Positions 37,180 through 51,737 are shown, counted from the first letter of the whole stretch. The stretch is 63,654 nt of DNA, filler included, from Octopus bimaculoides (GCF_001194135.2; 6 parts of 6 records of this genome joined end to end with filler, not necessarily neighbours in it), one strand, 5' to 3'. The notes: generated by a model not told the origin, from the letters alone. Numbers and translations are program-made.

Positions 37180-38714
37180 ATGCTTTGGCTGGAATAGGTA
37201 TGCTGCTGGCAAAGAAATAAAATGATAATGTAATCAAAGTAGTGAGAATATATGACAATAATTAAGATTAGACTAGTTGTGGATAAAGCAACAGTAACTG
37301 GTATCTTTGCTTGCACACCACAATCAAAACTAATTATGTGTGAAAGGATTGCTTTTATGAGACTTTATTATAAACCACCTTGATAACAAATGACAGCAAC
37401 ATCATTATACAGGCTGGTGATTTTAATGGATGTGTTGAGCAGCATTAGAGTACACAGTAGCTATGGATGTAGTCTGAAAAATGAGGAGAGATTAAAGCTT
37501 CTGGAGTTGTATGACACAAGCTAACAATCAGCAACACAAACTTCAGGAAACCAACCAGTCACCTGAATACCTTCAATCAAGTGAACATGCAAGCCAGATA
37601 GACTTCATTCTCATGAGGAAGCAGAATAGACACATGGTTGTAAACGCTAAGTATTTTCCTAGTGAATAATGTACCACCCAGCATAAGTTATGGATAAGTA
37701 ACTTCAGAATAAGCAATGGACCAACTGAGAGATAAAATACATTCTGGATATGAAAGGTGTGGAAACATTTTTCTTCTAAATATATGTTCAAAAATGATGC
37801 AAGATGAAGCATCTGGTAGGAAGGAGGAGGAGACAGAAGCCTATAGTAGAGAGAAATTTCAGAGACAAGTTGAAGGATACAAACTAGACCTGTGACCTGA
37901 GCAAAGTTCTAGCCAGATGTAAGGAAGTGAATTTGAGTGAAATGGTACAGAGGATTGAGCAGGATGAGTGAACAGGGAGTTCATGAGAGTGCAAAAGACT
38001 GTAGAGAGAAAAATAAAAGCCAGAATACAAGCCTGAGAAAGACTGGAAGAAAGGAGCAGCAAAGAGCAATATCATGAGGTTTGGTGAGAAGTTGTTAGGC
38101 AACAAGCTTGAAGAGAAGCAGAAAACAGATTTACCAATGTTCTGTGCAAAAAGAGGGTCAAAAATGTGAAAAGATTCTGAAGTGTGAAGCGGTGTGTCAG
38201 GGTAAATAAAGATTAGGCAAAAGAATATTTGAAATGACAGCAGCAAACTTACTTTCAGTGACATAAGAAGAAAGGGACTTGAAAATGTTATTACAAAAGG
38301 CTGCTTAATGTAAAATTTTGTGGAGGAAGAAAATCAAACTAAGTAGACCCAACAGTGCACATTTCAAAATAACCATTAAGGATATGAAGATGGAGAGAGC
38401 AGTTAGTATATGAGATATAGTCACTGAGATATATTGCCAAAATATCTGGCAAAGAAGGGCTCTAGATATTTGCATAGTAAACCAGGTAATACAAGGAGGT
38501 GTCATACTGGCATAGCAATACAATAATTGCTACAAAGGTAAAGGAGATGCTCTTGAAAAAGAATCAATTATAAATTAACAAACTGATGGACCAAGTTATG
38601 AAAGTAACAGAAAGAATATTAGTTCATCTGATTAGGAAGACCTCCAGATTACATAAATCTTAGAGTTGTACAAGATCAGAGTGCAATTGATGCTCTCTTC
38701 AAAAGGAAACAACA

Positions 38715-38773
<59 letters not shown>

Positions 38774-40010
38774 TATACATATGTATATATGTATACATGT
38801 GTGTGTGAGTGTGTGTACCAATAATTAATGGCTGCTCCCTCCAGGGGCCATCCTTTGTACTCCTACCCAATGCCTCCCAGAACAGGTTACAGGCTTATTG
38901 TTGCATGTACAAGCATTGGGTGGCAACAGCAATATATTTTTCAAACCAAGCCAACTTGCAGGAGACCGATGGGGAGACTAAGAATGAGAGGCTTGGATAA
39001 TTTCCATAGTCTCAGCTAAGGAATTCAGTTGGGAAGTCTAAAGACAGCTGCTTCTGATAAGACTCTATGGAGGAGGTGCTTGAGGACTTTAACCACATGA
39101 ACTTGTAAGGAACAGTGGGTAGAATTTCTACCAGAGTAAAAGGCAGGTTGTACGATGCCTGCAAATGAATGACTATGCACTATAGTAGTGAAACGCGGTC
39201 TCTGAATGCAGAGGACATGCAAAAACTAGAGAGGAATGAAGTTGGTATGTTCTGATGTGTGATATCAGTGTGCATGTACCTCATCATCAACATTTAACAT
39301 TCATTTTCCATGCTAGCATGGGTTGGATGGCTTGACAGGAACTGGCAAGGCCAGGGGCTCCAGCAGGTTTCATAGTCTGTTTCGGCTTGGTTTCTATGGC
39401 TGAGTGCCCTTCTTAATGTCAACCACTTTACAGAGTACACTGCATGCTCTTTACATAGCACCATCACCTGTGCTTTTTACATGGGACCAGTATCTACATC
39501 AAAGCTTTTTACTTTGCACCTTGGTTTTAGGATCTCAATTTTGTTGTGGTGGGGCAGATCTTCTCCAGTACAGCAATGTGCCACATATCTCGGTCCTCTG
39601 TCATCTTCTTCATAAGGCTCAGCATTTTGAGATCAGCCTTCAATTCAATATTTCGTCCCATGTCTTCCTGCATCTCCTTCTTCCACAGTCTCCCTCCACT
39701 TTAAGTAACCAGCCCTTCTTTATGGAACTATCCTCACACATCCACATCAAACCAGCACAGCCTCCCCTCTTGTACATGAAAATGTGTTGGGAGAAAAGTT
39801 AAGCATAAGAGGAATTGTATGTGATGCTTTGGTCATGTGGATAAGGAGAGCTGTATAAAGAAGTGCCAACTACTTAAAGTGGGTGTACCCTGCAGAAAAG
39901 AAAGACCCAAAACGACATGGGATGAAATAGTGAGGACTGATCTCAAAATATTGAGCTTTATAGAGGAGATAGCAATGAACTGGTGAAATGAAGTTCTTGA
40001 GAAGACTCAC
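37180..40010 (+). mobile_element. Long degenerate RTE LINE (APE endonuclease, RT, C-terminus) interrupted by (TA)n and an inverted retroposon tail at 39290-39790
   Basis: AGDFNG (about 37414), NTNFRKP and SQIDFIL (about 37530-37615), CYKGKGDAL (about 38527), RVKGRLYDAC (about 39132). Confidence 0.78.
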
Positions 40011-40396
40011 CCTTCTCAGTGAAACTGAGTTCTGGAAGCACTGTGTATAATGTGCCTTTCATACAGTAATTCATCCCACCACCACAATGAACTAAACTAC
40101 ATCTCATCATACACTATACTTGTATCTCCTCATCTGCTCCTCCAGCCCAACGCTGCCTTGTCACCTTTTTCTCCTGTCTCTCCCTGCCAACTGTATCATT
40201 GCTATCCTGCTGTTCCTCTATATACTTGTATTTTTCACTTACTGCATTCCCCTTCCCCTTTTCTCTATCTCCCACTAGTCTTTTGCACTCTCATGAACTC
40301 CCTGTTCACTCAACCTGCTCAATCCTTTGTACCATTTCACTCAAATTCACCTTCTTGTACCTTGAAGGCATGCTGTGGAACATCTTCACTACCATC

Positions 40397-40447
<51 letters not shown>

Positions 40448-41164
40448 CTCTCTTCCACTCTTTCTCCTTTGACTGGAGTAGCCAGGAAGATTTCTTATAA
40501 CCTGGCACAAAACCACCTCCTTTAATACTACTAACCACCTTAATTTAAGGGATCTTCGCTTGGGAAGTTAGTTGGTAAACTAACTTGCATGTAAAAAATA
40601 GTACACTTTGTACAGTGGTTGGCAATAGAAGGGAATCCAGTCATAGAAACCATGCCATAGCAGACAGCAGAGCTTGGCTTAGTCCTCTGGCTTGCCAGAT
40701 CCTGTTACTCTGCCCAACCCATGACAGCATGGAAAACAGGCATTAAATGATGATGATGATAATGATTTATAGTATGAAAGCAGTGAACGAAAAGAAAAGA
40801 AAAAATACAAGAGAGAAGAGACAAATTTTATGAAATATTGTACGAGTTGTATGCTTAAAAAGGAAAGGAAAGTGTCTCAACATTTTGGACACTAGTCCAT
40901 CATCAGAAAAAGTACAGAGAAAATATATAAAGAAAGTTTGAAAGAGGGAAAGTGAGTGATAAGGAAATGGTGTTAAAAGGCGGGTGGAAATACAGTTCTG
41001 TGGGAAGCTTTAAGATGGGAGGAGGGAGTGGAGAAGAGTGAGCATGTAGAGAAGTGTATCCATATTTTGAGATTGGCATAAGTGGAGGAGAGTGCTGTGT
41101 GTGTAAAGGTATGTAAATATTGAAGTATAGTGGCATGGGTTAGTAGGGGTGAGGGGTGCTGGCA

Positions 41165-41570
41165 CATCTCATCTTTTATTTGCTTCAGTCATTAGACTGT
41201 GGCCATGCTGGGCCACTGCCTTGAAGAACTTTAGTTGAATGCATCGAGCCCAGTACTTACTGTATTTTAAGCCTGATACTTAGTCTACTGACATTTTTTG
41301 CTGAACCACTAAGTTACAAAGATGAAAACACACCAACAGCAGTTGTCAAGTAATGGCAGGGGACAAACACATACAAAGACACACACAGATATATATATAT
41401 ACAATGAACTTCTTTCAGTTTCCGTCTAACAAATCCACTCACAAGGCTTTGGTTAACCCAAAGCTATAGTAGAAGACACTTGCCCAATGTGCCACACAGT
41501 GGGACTGAACACAGAACTATGTGGTTGGGAAGCAAGCTTCTCACCACAGAGCCATGTCTGCACCTGTGCA
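41165..41570 (-). mobile_element. SINE family A
   Basis: Tail and head motifs as at 14117-14600, reversed. Confidence 0.8.
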
Positions 41571-42384
41571 TGAAAATAATTAAGTGCAAGAAAAGTATAG
41601 CTGTAAGGAAGTGGGAGCAGGTATGAGTGTTGAGTAAAAGAAAGGTAAAAGCAATGTAGAGAGGTGATAGAAATGAAAAGGGTATGGGCTTGAGATACTG
41701 TTATGGTGGAAGAAAGTTAAGAACAAAGGAAACAGCGAAAGAAAAATCTATGTGCAGAGACAGAAGAGACATAGGAGACATAGTTTTGTGAGGAAAAAAA
41801 ATGAGTGAGACCTGGTGGTGGGAGTGAGAAGTATGATAAAGATGAGTATAAGGCATATAAACAGAAGCAAAAAGGGAACAAAAAACAGAAAATTGAGAGA
41901 AAATTTTGGGAAAAAGCTTGACAAAATCAATACATTACTTGTGAGAAGTCCAAGGAGGTATACAACTGATGCAAAGCCCAGGGAAGTACAATTCTTCATA
42001 ATATGGGGAAGAATTAATAAGCAAAAGTTAGTCAAGTAATGCACTTAGAAAGGCAAACAATAGATGCATATGCACATGTCAGAGTTTGGGGTGTTTATAG
42101 CAGAGGGGAAAAAAGAGAGGAAGGCCTGAGAATGCAAAGAAGGTGAGAATTTAGAGATAATTTAAGTGATAATAAATTTCACAGGGAGGAAAATTGGGAA
42201 AATCAGCTGGAGAGAGTTTAGACTGAATGTGGTTTGGAAGAATTGGTATAATCACATGATAGAGGAAAAGTGGTCGAGGGAGAAAAAAGCAATCTTTTAG
42301 ACAGAAGATAAAAGAAAAGTAAGAGGATCATAAGAATAGGACAAAGAAAAAAGAGTGGGTGCAACTATGTGTACGTATGTGCGA

Positions 42385-42790
42385 AAGTTTAGAACCGAAC
42401 ATCCCATTCCCCACATCACTTTGAAGGGTCATAAGCCAGATTTCTCTAATAACCTTTCCATAAGGCTCATTTGCTCCACCAAATCTGACTTAGAATGTGT
42501 TAATAAATGCATTAGTGATAGGATTATCCCTACAGAAAAGGATAAACCTTTTCTCTGGAACAGCATGGGTGATATGATCACCTGGTTCTACACTTGCCCT
42601 AAAACAGCTAATACCTTTTTACTCCAGTTCAATATCTCCATTTATTATGCCTCAGTCTTTCTCACTCTGACACTGATATTATTTTAACAGCACAAAAAGC
42701 ACTCCTATCTTTTAACAACAAATATTTGTCCCGAAATTCCACTACTGAATGCTTTGATATTACTATGGGCCTCTTCAGACTGACTCAGCC
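42385..42790 (+). mobile_element. Penelope-like RT fragment, Naiad/Chlamys-type
   Basis: HITLKGHKPDFSNNLSIRLICSTKSDL...LWNSMGDMITWF...FLLQFNI...FDITMG matches the remembered Naiad RT pattern ITLKDHKPNF.NNP..RLI.P.KS. Confidence 0.7.
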
Positions 42791-42859
42791 CATGTCACCA
42801 CTCTGATGGACCTGTTCCTTTTATTTCAAATTAACAAACATTTACCTAGGATCTACTTA

Positions 42860-43110
42860 TGTCAGGTCAGTGACATTCCACTAACATGCAAAGTGCACTG
42901 GGAAGACTTTCTTGAGAGGAGCAATGTCAAATGGCGCTTTTTACATGCCACTAGCACGGAAGCCAGACAGCTGCTCTGGCAATGATCACACTCGGATGGT
43001 GCTGTTAGCACTCCACTGGCACAGGTGCCAGTCATTGAATTTGGTTCGATTTCGATTTCACTTGTCTCAACAGGTTTTTGCAAGCAGAGTTTAGTGTCCA
43101 ATGAAGGAAA
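42860..43110 (-). mobile_element. RTE-type 3' region fragment
   Basis: ttttacatgccactagcacggaagccag...ggtgctgttagcactccactggcacaggtgcca, as at 13260-13355. Confidence 0.7.
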
Positions 43111-43112
43111 GG

Positions 43113-43151
<39 letters not shown>

Positions 43152-43159
43152 CATATGTA

Positions 43160-43902
43160 GTAACGCCGTGCGCATGCGTAGAATTAAACAACCAAGCGTT
43201 CCCGCTCAATTCATTCTCTNNNNNNNNNNNNNNNNNNNNNNNNNNNNNNNNNNNNNNNNNNNNTTAATTAATTAANNNNNNNNNNNNNNNNNNNNNNNNN
43301 NNNNNNNNNNNNNNNNNNNATATATATATATATATATAGCACTCCATCGGTTTGGACAAGGAGGGTTCCAACTGAGTCGTTCAACTGAAGAGTCTGCTTG
43401 TGAAATTAACGTACATGCGACTGAGAATTCCACCGACGCTTACCCTTAACGTACTTGTCAAGGTGCTTCAGCGAGGCACAAACTGTGGTGAACTTGGTCC
43501 TTTGAAATACAGCTAAAACTCAATTTTGTCAGCTAATCTGATTGGACCAACTTGAAATAAATTATCTTGCTTAAGGAAACAACACGCCGCAAGAAATCGA
43601 ACTCACGACCTTGCAACAGTGAGCCGAATACTATAATCGCTAAAGCTCGCACATTATACATTAATTTCATAATATTTATATGCGTACATTCCTATATGTG
43701 TGGATGTGCTTGTGAGTATAATTGGCTGCACGGAATGTGGAAAAGGAGAAAATAAACTGTGATAGTTAAAGATAATTTGTGATTGTGAGATAAACAAAAC
43801 CCTGCCTTAACACGGTGCAAAAAGTATAAAGAGACCACTACAGTACATAAGGTTGTAATTATGTATACAACCTAATAAGATATAAACATACATACGTATA
43901 TA

Positions 43903-43945
<43 letters not shown>

Positions 43946-44387
43946 ANNNNNNNNNNNNNNNNNNNNNNNNNNNNNNNNNNNNNNNNNNNNNNNNNNNNNN
44001 NNNNNNNNNNNNNNNNNNNNNNNNNNNNNNNNNNNNNNNNNNNNNNNNNNNNNNNNNNNNNNNNNNNNNNNNNNNNNNNNNNNNNNNNNNNNNNNNNNNN
44101 NNNNNNNNNNNNNNNNNNNNNNAAATACATACATACATATACGTATATTTTTTATATATGTGCAGACCTATGTATGTATTTTGGCAGTCAAGCTTCTTTA
44201 ATGGTGCTCAGCCAATATTTATTGACAGACTCTTAGTTTTCTTAAAACTATATTACTTGTTTTCTAAAACAGTAAAAAAACTTTCACTTGTTTCTCTTTT
44301 AAAACAAAAAGAAAACTGAAAAAATCATTATCTATAAAGACGAGGTGAACAAATGTCTCTTTCATTTATAACCCTCAAAAAGATAGC

Positions 44388-44433
<46 letters not shown>

Positions 44434-45000
44434 TGTAAATAAAGTCAATGTATGTTGCCAAATAAATATTTTTTGTGTTAAACCAAGGATACATACGTCA
44501 GATCTTAAAATGCGAAGACGAAGAATGGTATTGCATTATGGGTTCAAACATCACGGTAATTTTAAAAGTGAGTTGAAGCGCTTAAAATACATGAATCGAG
44601 CGATATCTTTTTGGAGTTTTGTATCACTGTTCTTTTAATCTTGAAATTCAAAATGGCGGTTTTGTAACGTCACAGATAAGATTGAGTTATGTTCCTCATG
44701 TATCTCTCGCTATTCTTGAAAAAAATCTACGCAATCTCGAAAGAGTAATGTTAGCATAATTTAAAGATGATATCAGATGTTTTTATTCGCCGTTGCCTTT
44801 GGATTTGAAACTATGTTATTTGATTGGTAGCCGATAATGCATTGTCTCTTCAAAACATAAATAAAAAAGAAAACATGACAAACTAAAGCACAATAGCTGG
44901 CAGCGGTTGTTTTATCCGGCAGAGAAAAATAAGAGACGCCATATTTTACTGAAAAAATGATGCTTACAAGAACGTATATACGAGTAGATATCAGTATACA
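43160..45000. promoter_or_regulatory. Putative promoter region (CpG-retaining; NRF1-, YY1-, CRE- and CCAAT-like motifs)
   Basis: TGCGCATGCG at 43169-43178; CAAAATGGCGG at 44649-44659; TAACGTCA at 44665-44672; ATTGG at 44823-44827; GACGCCATATT at 44935-44945; about 20 CpG in 44461-45000. Confidence 0.45.
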
Positions 45001-45355
45001 TGCACACACTTTCATACCCACATGAAGAAATGCATAGTAAGTTTCTAATGTCCGTTATAATTCTATCTATATATATATCCATATTTCTGTCTATTCATCT
45101 AAGAATATATATATATATATATTTATATGCATACATGTATGTACGTAGCAAACATGCTGTAGAAGATTTTGTCATTTAAACCGTATGACGTACAGATGTC
45201 TCACTATTATTTCGTTCCTTGATGATTTTTATATTCCATAAAGTCCTATAGCGATGGATGCATGCGGATGTTCCTTGCTCATGCAGCACAATCATGCTTA
45301 ACTTGAAACGGTTGTCATCTGACAAAATGAGGCAATCATGTTACACACACAGACA

Positions 45356-45429
<74 letters not shown>

Positions 45430-45430
45430 C

Positions 45431-45462
<32 letters not shown>

Positions 45463-46020
45463 TCTGTAAATAATAACAATATTTTATAAGCTTATAAGCG
45501 ATCACTGTGTGTTGACTAAAGAAAATACTCTAATATTGGGGCATATAACCCTCGACGGAAAAAATGGGGTTTTTGTAGGCATGGAACTCGAATCCACATC
45601 TGTTTTCGTGACAAGTATGCTACCATTTAAACCAACGTACCCACCTACTCATTCCCGTAAAATTAAGAACTACAATGTCATAGAGTTTAGAGGGGTTTTT
45701 TTAATGTGAAAACTTGTGTTGAAACAAATATTGTTATACTTGTGGATGGTCGGTTTTCTTTTCTTTTCTTTCTTTCTTTCTTTATTTATTTATTTATTGC
45801 CAATTAACTACAAGCACTATTTACTCCATTTCCACTTTAGTTTAAATTCGAATTACTTTTAGCTTTTACGCCTGTGAAGGTACTTTCATCACATATTCCG
45901 TGACCTCAAGAATAATTCTGTCCCATATGATTCGTCTTGTGCTGCTTATTGCATTGTGTCCTTTTGTGCTATGTATCTCTATCTGCTCTTACGTTTACGT
46001 CTGTATGTGAGTGTGTGTGT

Positions 46021-46072
<52 letters not shown>

Positions 46073-47759
46073 NNNNNNNNNNNNNNNNNNNNNNNNNNNN
46101 NNNNNNNNNNNNNNNNNNNNNNNNNNNNNNNNNNNNNNNNNNNNNNNNNNNNNNNNNNNNNNNNNNNNNNNNNNNNNNNNNNNNNNNNNNNNNNNNNNNN
46201 NGACATGAGAAAAAGAAGCGAAATGTATGTATGCATACATCCTTGTATGTATGTATGTATGTATGTATGTATGTATGTATGTATGTATGTATGTATGTAT
46301 GTATGCATGGGTGTATATGTATTGTGTAAGCATATATTGGGTAAGCATATATGGATTCTGTAAAGCCATAACTGCGAGAAGTGTTCAAGGTTGGACTTTT
46401 GGATTACACTTCAAATCCTTCTATAGTGTAACAGGATTTCAATTATGATTCCATCTTACTTGTTTACATATGAAATAACATTCAGTTTTAACCATTAACT
46501 CTTCCATAAACCGCTCTCATATTACTTTATGTGGTGGCTGATGTTGTCGCTGAAAACCTGAAACTGTTTAATATGCAAACAAATTTTTGATCGCAGATGC
46601 ACTCTAAAAGATGGAAGGCAATTTTCCATTTAATATGGTTGCTTTCATTATATTCCCCAGTAAATATTTAACTACGTATCAGCTGTCTACGTTTTATTTT
46701 CTTGGGAAATCAAATCTGTCTTGTTCTAACAGTACTGTCGATACCAACCGTATTTCTCATTCATTTAATTATTTCTTAAATTATATATATTGTTCTGTGT
46801 AAGACATGAATCTACATCCGGTGGTGTGGCTTCAGCTCGAGTGTTCGGAAATTTGAGTAAGGAAGGAGGCACTCTGTAGTCACCACTAAACCTAGGTCAA
46901 ATCAGATCCGAGCTGGTTTCACTTTTTAAGAGAATACGTTATGGATCAAATAGCTGAAGACAGTATTGTGGCTAAAGCAAATGCATAAAGTACTCAAAAG
47001 AGTACTGGCTCCACAGTGGTGTGAAGGCAGGTCTTGATATCACGCCAGCTATACACCCTGCCTAAGGATCAAATAGAATAGTTCCTCTCAGGGTAAGTTG
47101 GAACACGAGCCATTTCATTACCATGACATCGAGTGAGTTAAGTGAACATTTTTTCTCTGTAATCTTTAGCCTCATCAGAATTTAGAAACCCCATTATCTT
47201 TCAAAACCCGTCGCACTTCAATTACTCCCTCCATCTCACCCTCATCCGTTTATATTCTTCTTTTCATTCTTCTTACTTTCTTCCTCTCTCAAATAGTTTT
47301 CTCTCTCCAACTACATTCTCTCTTCGTATGAGAGCTCACATTGTTTTAAGATCACCATCAGTTGCACCCACTCGCTAACATATAGACGGTACAAATTTTG
47401 ATAACTTCCCTTTGCTTCCAGTGAGTTATCTTCATCCTGAAAAGTAGTCTGTCCAAAAGTTTAAGCACCCTACTCCCTATAGTAAATTGCTTCATTCTTT
47501 ATGTCGCGTTCTCCACATAATAGAAGTATTGACGACGCTGACCTCCATCAGTCTCTGTTAAATTTGTCTTTATATATATAATTATATGTGTGTGCCCGTC
47601 TGTGCGTGCGTGTGGGCGCGCGTGTGCATGCATGCGTGTGTATGTGTGTATGTGTTTCCATTGAAGTTTCCTCAACTATGGTTTTCTGAAACCCGTTATT
47701 GAAGGACCTTGGCGGTCCAGATGGAGAGAAATCTGTGAGAAAAAGAATTCGCAAGCGAA

Positions 47760-48680
47760 ACTAGCCAAACTATCGTTGGCTTTTGAGACAGGACCGAATT
47801 GCTGTTTTTATTGGTGTGTTCCACAGGTATTCTTTGTTGTCAGTACCTGCTGGTCCTGATAGAACTTTGATTTATACGTCCGGGCAGTCCTTCTTCTGCA
47901 TAGCATTGTAATTATATCACGCCTCAAGGGCAGGTAGGTTTTCGTAGACAATTTTGAGCCGCTACTAATGACGCGGGTGATATCTCCCACATTGATATAG
48001 CAGAACAGACGTTATTTATCACAACGTCGTAGTTTGATGATATCTTTGTCCATTTTGTTTACTAAGTATTTAGTAGTTCTCATCTGTAAATTGATAGCGA
48101 ACGCCTATCCTTCTAAGTGGGATGTAAAGTATTGATTATAGGTCCAGGTGGAGTGACTCGTATGAGATATGTACCCAATCATAACTTTTTGTTGGTATGA
48201 TGCCTGCTTCTCTTCCAAGTTTCTGTTTAGGTAGATCAGTCTAACCTCCTTTGGGTCACACGGAACAGTTGTATTCTCAGAGTACCTGCACAATAATTCT
48301 TCTCCAATTTGAAGGTGTTTTTGCTCTCATTTTTTAATAAATATGGAATGTACTCATTTCTTTCTTTACTGCTCAGCAGTGGCTTCTTATCCGAGTGATA
48401 CGATGCTACATTCAAACATGTTTAGACTGAGCACGGGCCTCTACTGCCAACAGTTCGCCTCACACAGATGCCATCCCTCGCTGTTAATCAGTAAGTCATC
48501 AGTGATGTTCAGTACCTTTCTAGGCTGCGTATCTCGTCGAGTGTCCAGTCTAATAACCCAAATGTTTGCATTAGCACAGGCAATTCAAAAGCATTGTGAG
48601 ATATGGAATTGTGAAATGTAGGCAACTCTGAGTTGCATATTTTCTTGAGTCCACAGAAGTACGCTTTTGTTATTGTAGCG
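47760..48680 (-). mobile_element. Degenerate CR1-like LINE fragment
   Basis: Minus-strand remnants resemble CR1 RT C-terminal motifs (LDWTLDEIRSLER; SLHL...LRRIGVRY); weak. Confidence 0.4.
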
Positions 48681-48779
48681 TTAGACACAGCACCAACGTG
48701 TGCAACCTTCTCAAGGATTCCAATGTACTTGTAGTTTACATCAATAGAGATATGCTAGATAAACAAGCCGCTGATGTAC

Positions 48780-48978
48780 ATGTTCTATGTATGTACGTAT
48801 GTATGTATGCATGCATGTCTGTATATATGTATGTATGTATATACGTACGTATGCATGTATGTGTGCATGCATTCATGCTTTATGTACGCATGTATACATG
48901 CATGTATGTTGTATGTATGTATGTTGTATGTATGTATGTTGTATGTATGTATATATGCATGACTGTATGTAGGCAGGC

Positions 48979-49009
<31 letters not shown>

Positions 49010-49200
49010 CATGTACGCATGTATGTATGCATGCATACATGTGTGTATGCATGTGTGATTGCATACATATATGTATACAATACAGGCATGTATGTATATA
49101 TGCATTTATGTATATATGTATGCGTGTATGTAGGTAAGCATGCATGCATGTAGGTATGCATGTGGGTATGCGTACCTGTATATATGCATAGGTATATGAA
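48780..49200. repeat. Degenerate (TATG/CATG)n microsatellite block
   Basis: Direct inspection. Confidence 0.9.
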
Positions 49201-49472
49201 GTCTTTTGTTTATGCATTGCCTACCAAAAGCATTTAGTAGTTCACTGTAACCCCTTGAACTGCATCTGCACACATTGGTAAGCAGCTAACGGAGCGGCGA
49301 ATTTCTATGGCAGAATCGCTGACTTCAATGCCTTCAAGATCGTAATCACCGTCTTTTCTGTGGAATTCGTGCAACGCCTGGGTCATGATGAAATAAAAAA
49401 TGTCCTCTCTTCATTTTCTCGATCATTCACTCTCTCCCACCACCTATGTAAATATGAATACACACACACACA

Positions 49473-49528
<56 letters not shown>

Positions 49529-50326
49529 NNNNNNNNNNNNNNNNNNNNNNNNNNNNNNNNNNNNNNNNNNNNTTAATTAATTAANNNNNNNNNNNNNNNN
49601 NNNNNNNNNNNNNNNNNNNNNNNNNNNNCATATACCTATATATATATATATATACATACACACACACACACACAAACACACACTCATATTACGAGATAGA
49701 TATAGAAAGAGGGTGAGATTAAAGATTGACGATCATGATTGAATCGATCTCTTTACGCAAACATTTCATGTTACTATATACACGTACACACACACACACA
49801 CACACACACATACACACGCCCACATACATATGTACATACATACACACGTACATACATACGGATATAAACTTATACTTATCTATATATCTATGTGTGAATA
49901 TATATGTTCCTATCTCCTACGTGTATACATATGCATACACATATATATAATATATGAATATATATATGTATATGTATATATATGCATGTGTGTGTAATGT
50001 ATGTATTTATATATGTACCAATGTATATATGTAAGGTACGGTATATGCATATTGAAATCTATTTTATTCACTTACGTAATACACAATCATATTATCCTGT
50101 AGTATTATTTAATATTATGATATTATGATATTGGGTGACAAATGCTGACATTTTACTCATCCCCTTATCGCATTGTGGTATGAACGTTCGGCAGAGGAAT
50201 GCTGTTTATTATCGCAGTGTATTGTAGTTTGGACGGGCACTATATGTGTATGCGTGTTTGTCTGTATAAATGTATTAACAGTAATTTCTATACATGTATA
50301 CATACATATATATATATATACACATT

Positions 50327-50372
<46 letters not shown>

Positions 50373-50721
50373 CATACACACACACANNNNNNNNNNNNNN
50401 NNNNNNNNNNNNNNNNNNNNNNNNNNNNNNNNNNNNNNNNNNNNNNNNNNNNNNNNNNNNNNNNNNNNNNNNNNNNNNNNNNNNNNNNNNNNNNNNNNNN
50501 NNNNNNNNNNNNNNNNNNNNNNNNNNNNNNNNNNNNNNNNNNNNNNNNNNNNNNNNNNNNNNNNNNNNNNNNNNNNNNNNNNNNNNNNNNNNNNNNNNNN
50601 NNNNNNNNNNNNNNNNNNNNNNNNNNNNNNNNNNNNNNNNNNNNNNNNNNNNNNNNNNNNNNNNNNNNNNNNNNNNNNNNNNNNNNNNNNNNNNNNNNNN
50701 NNNNNNNNNNNNNNNNNNNNN

Positions 50722-50761
<40 letters not shown>

Positions 50762-51737
50762 CCTAATGATGTATGCACTCCATTTATACACTCACAACAC
50801 ACAGACACGCCAGTATACACCCTAACATAATTATCTACACAATATAGATCTATATATTTCATTAGTTGTTTAAACTATGTTTAATAAACGATATACATTG
50901 CCATTACACATCGTAGATGTCTTAAATCCACCAATATATCAACGCACAAACGAAACATATTGGTGTGTATATAATAAATATTAGCACCTGATATATGCAA
51001 ATACATATATGTACACATGCACGTACACACACATACACACACACTCATCAGCCATAAGTGGTTAGGAGGTATAAGATGTGGTTATATGTTTTTATCTACA
51101 TGATGTCCATAGGATTACAGCCGTTTCGCAGCCTTCATCATATAGTAATAGTTTCAATGCATAATAACTATTTTATATGTCTGCAACAATATGGTTGCTA
51201 AGAATTTTCTAATGGAATTGTACATTTACAAATCAATGCCGATATAAAAGGCTCGTTTTTCAGATCACAACAACATGATCTTCTGGATTTCAACAGCTTA
51301 AATTTCCGCATTAGGATCCTGTGTTGGGTTTCTATGTGGTATGATAACCGTGCTTTCTGGAGGAGCTTCCTGTGATTGCAACACGATTCTATGAAGTTAT
51401 GTATTGCACTACACACACATACACACACACACAAATAGTATAAGGTTGGGTTGGGTAATAATCCAAGCTGCAAGATATGCCCTCTTGAAGCACATCTGCT
51501 TATGTGGATGTTATATTTTTGTGAGGCGGGCATAAGAGACAAAAAAAAAATACTGGAATAATTTCGAACAGGAGACACCTTTCATATTTTCCTTAAATGG
51601 ACAATTTTGTCAATGGACAATCCTGTTAGCAAAGCAAACACGTCTTATAGGGAAGAAATATTACCTCAAAGTTTTTCCTATCCTCTGTTCACATATACAT
51701 GCATACATATATACCTACATACTTATATATACACACT

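Noticed and set aside
4640-43110. Apparent excess of RTE-tail copies on the minus (gene-sense) strand
   Set aside because: Too few copies counted by eye to claim a bias.
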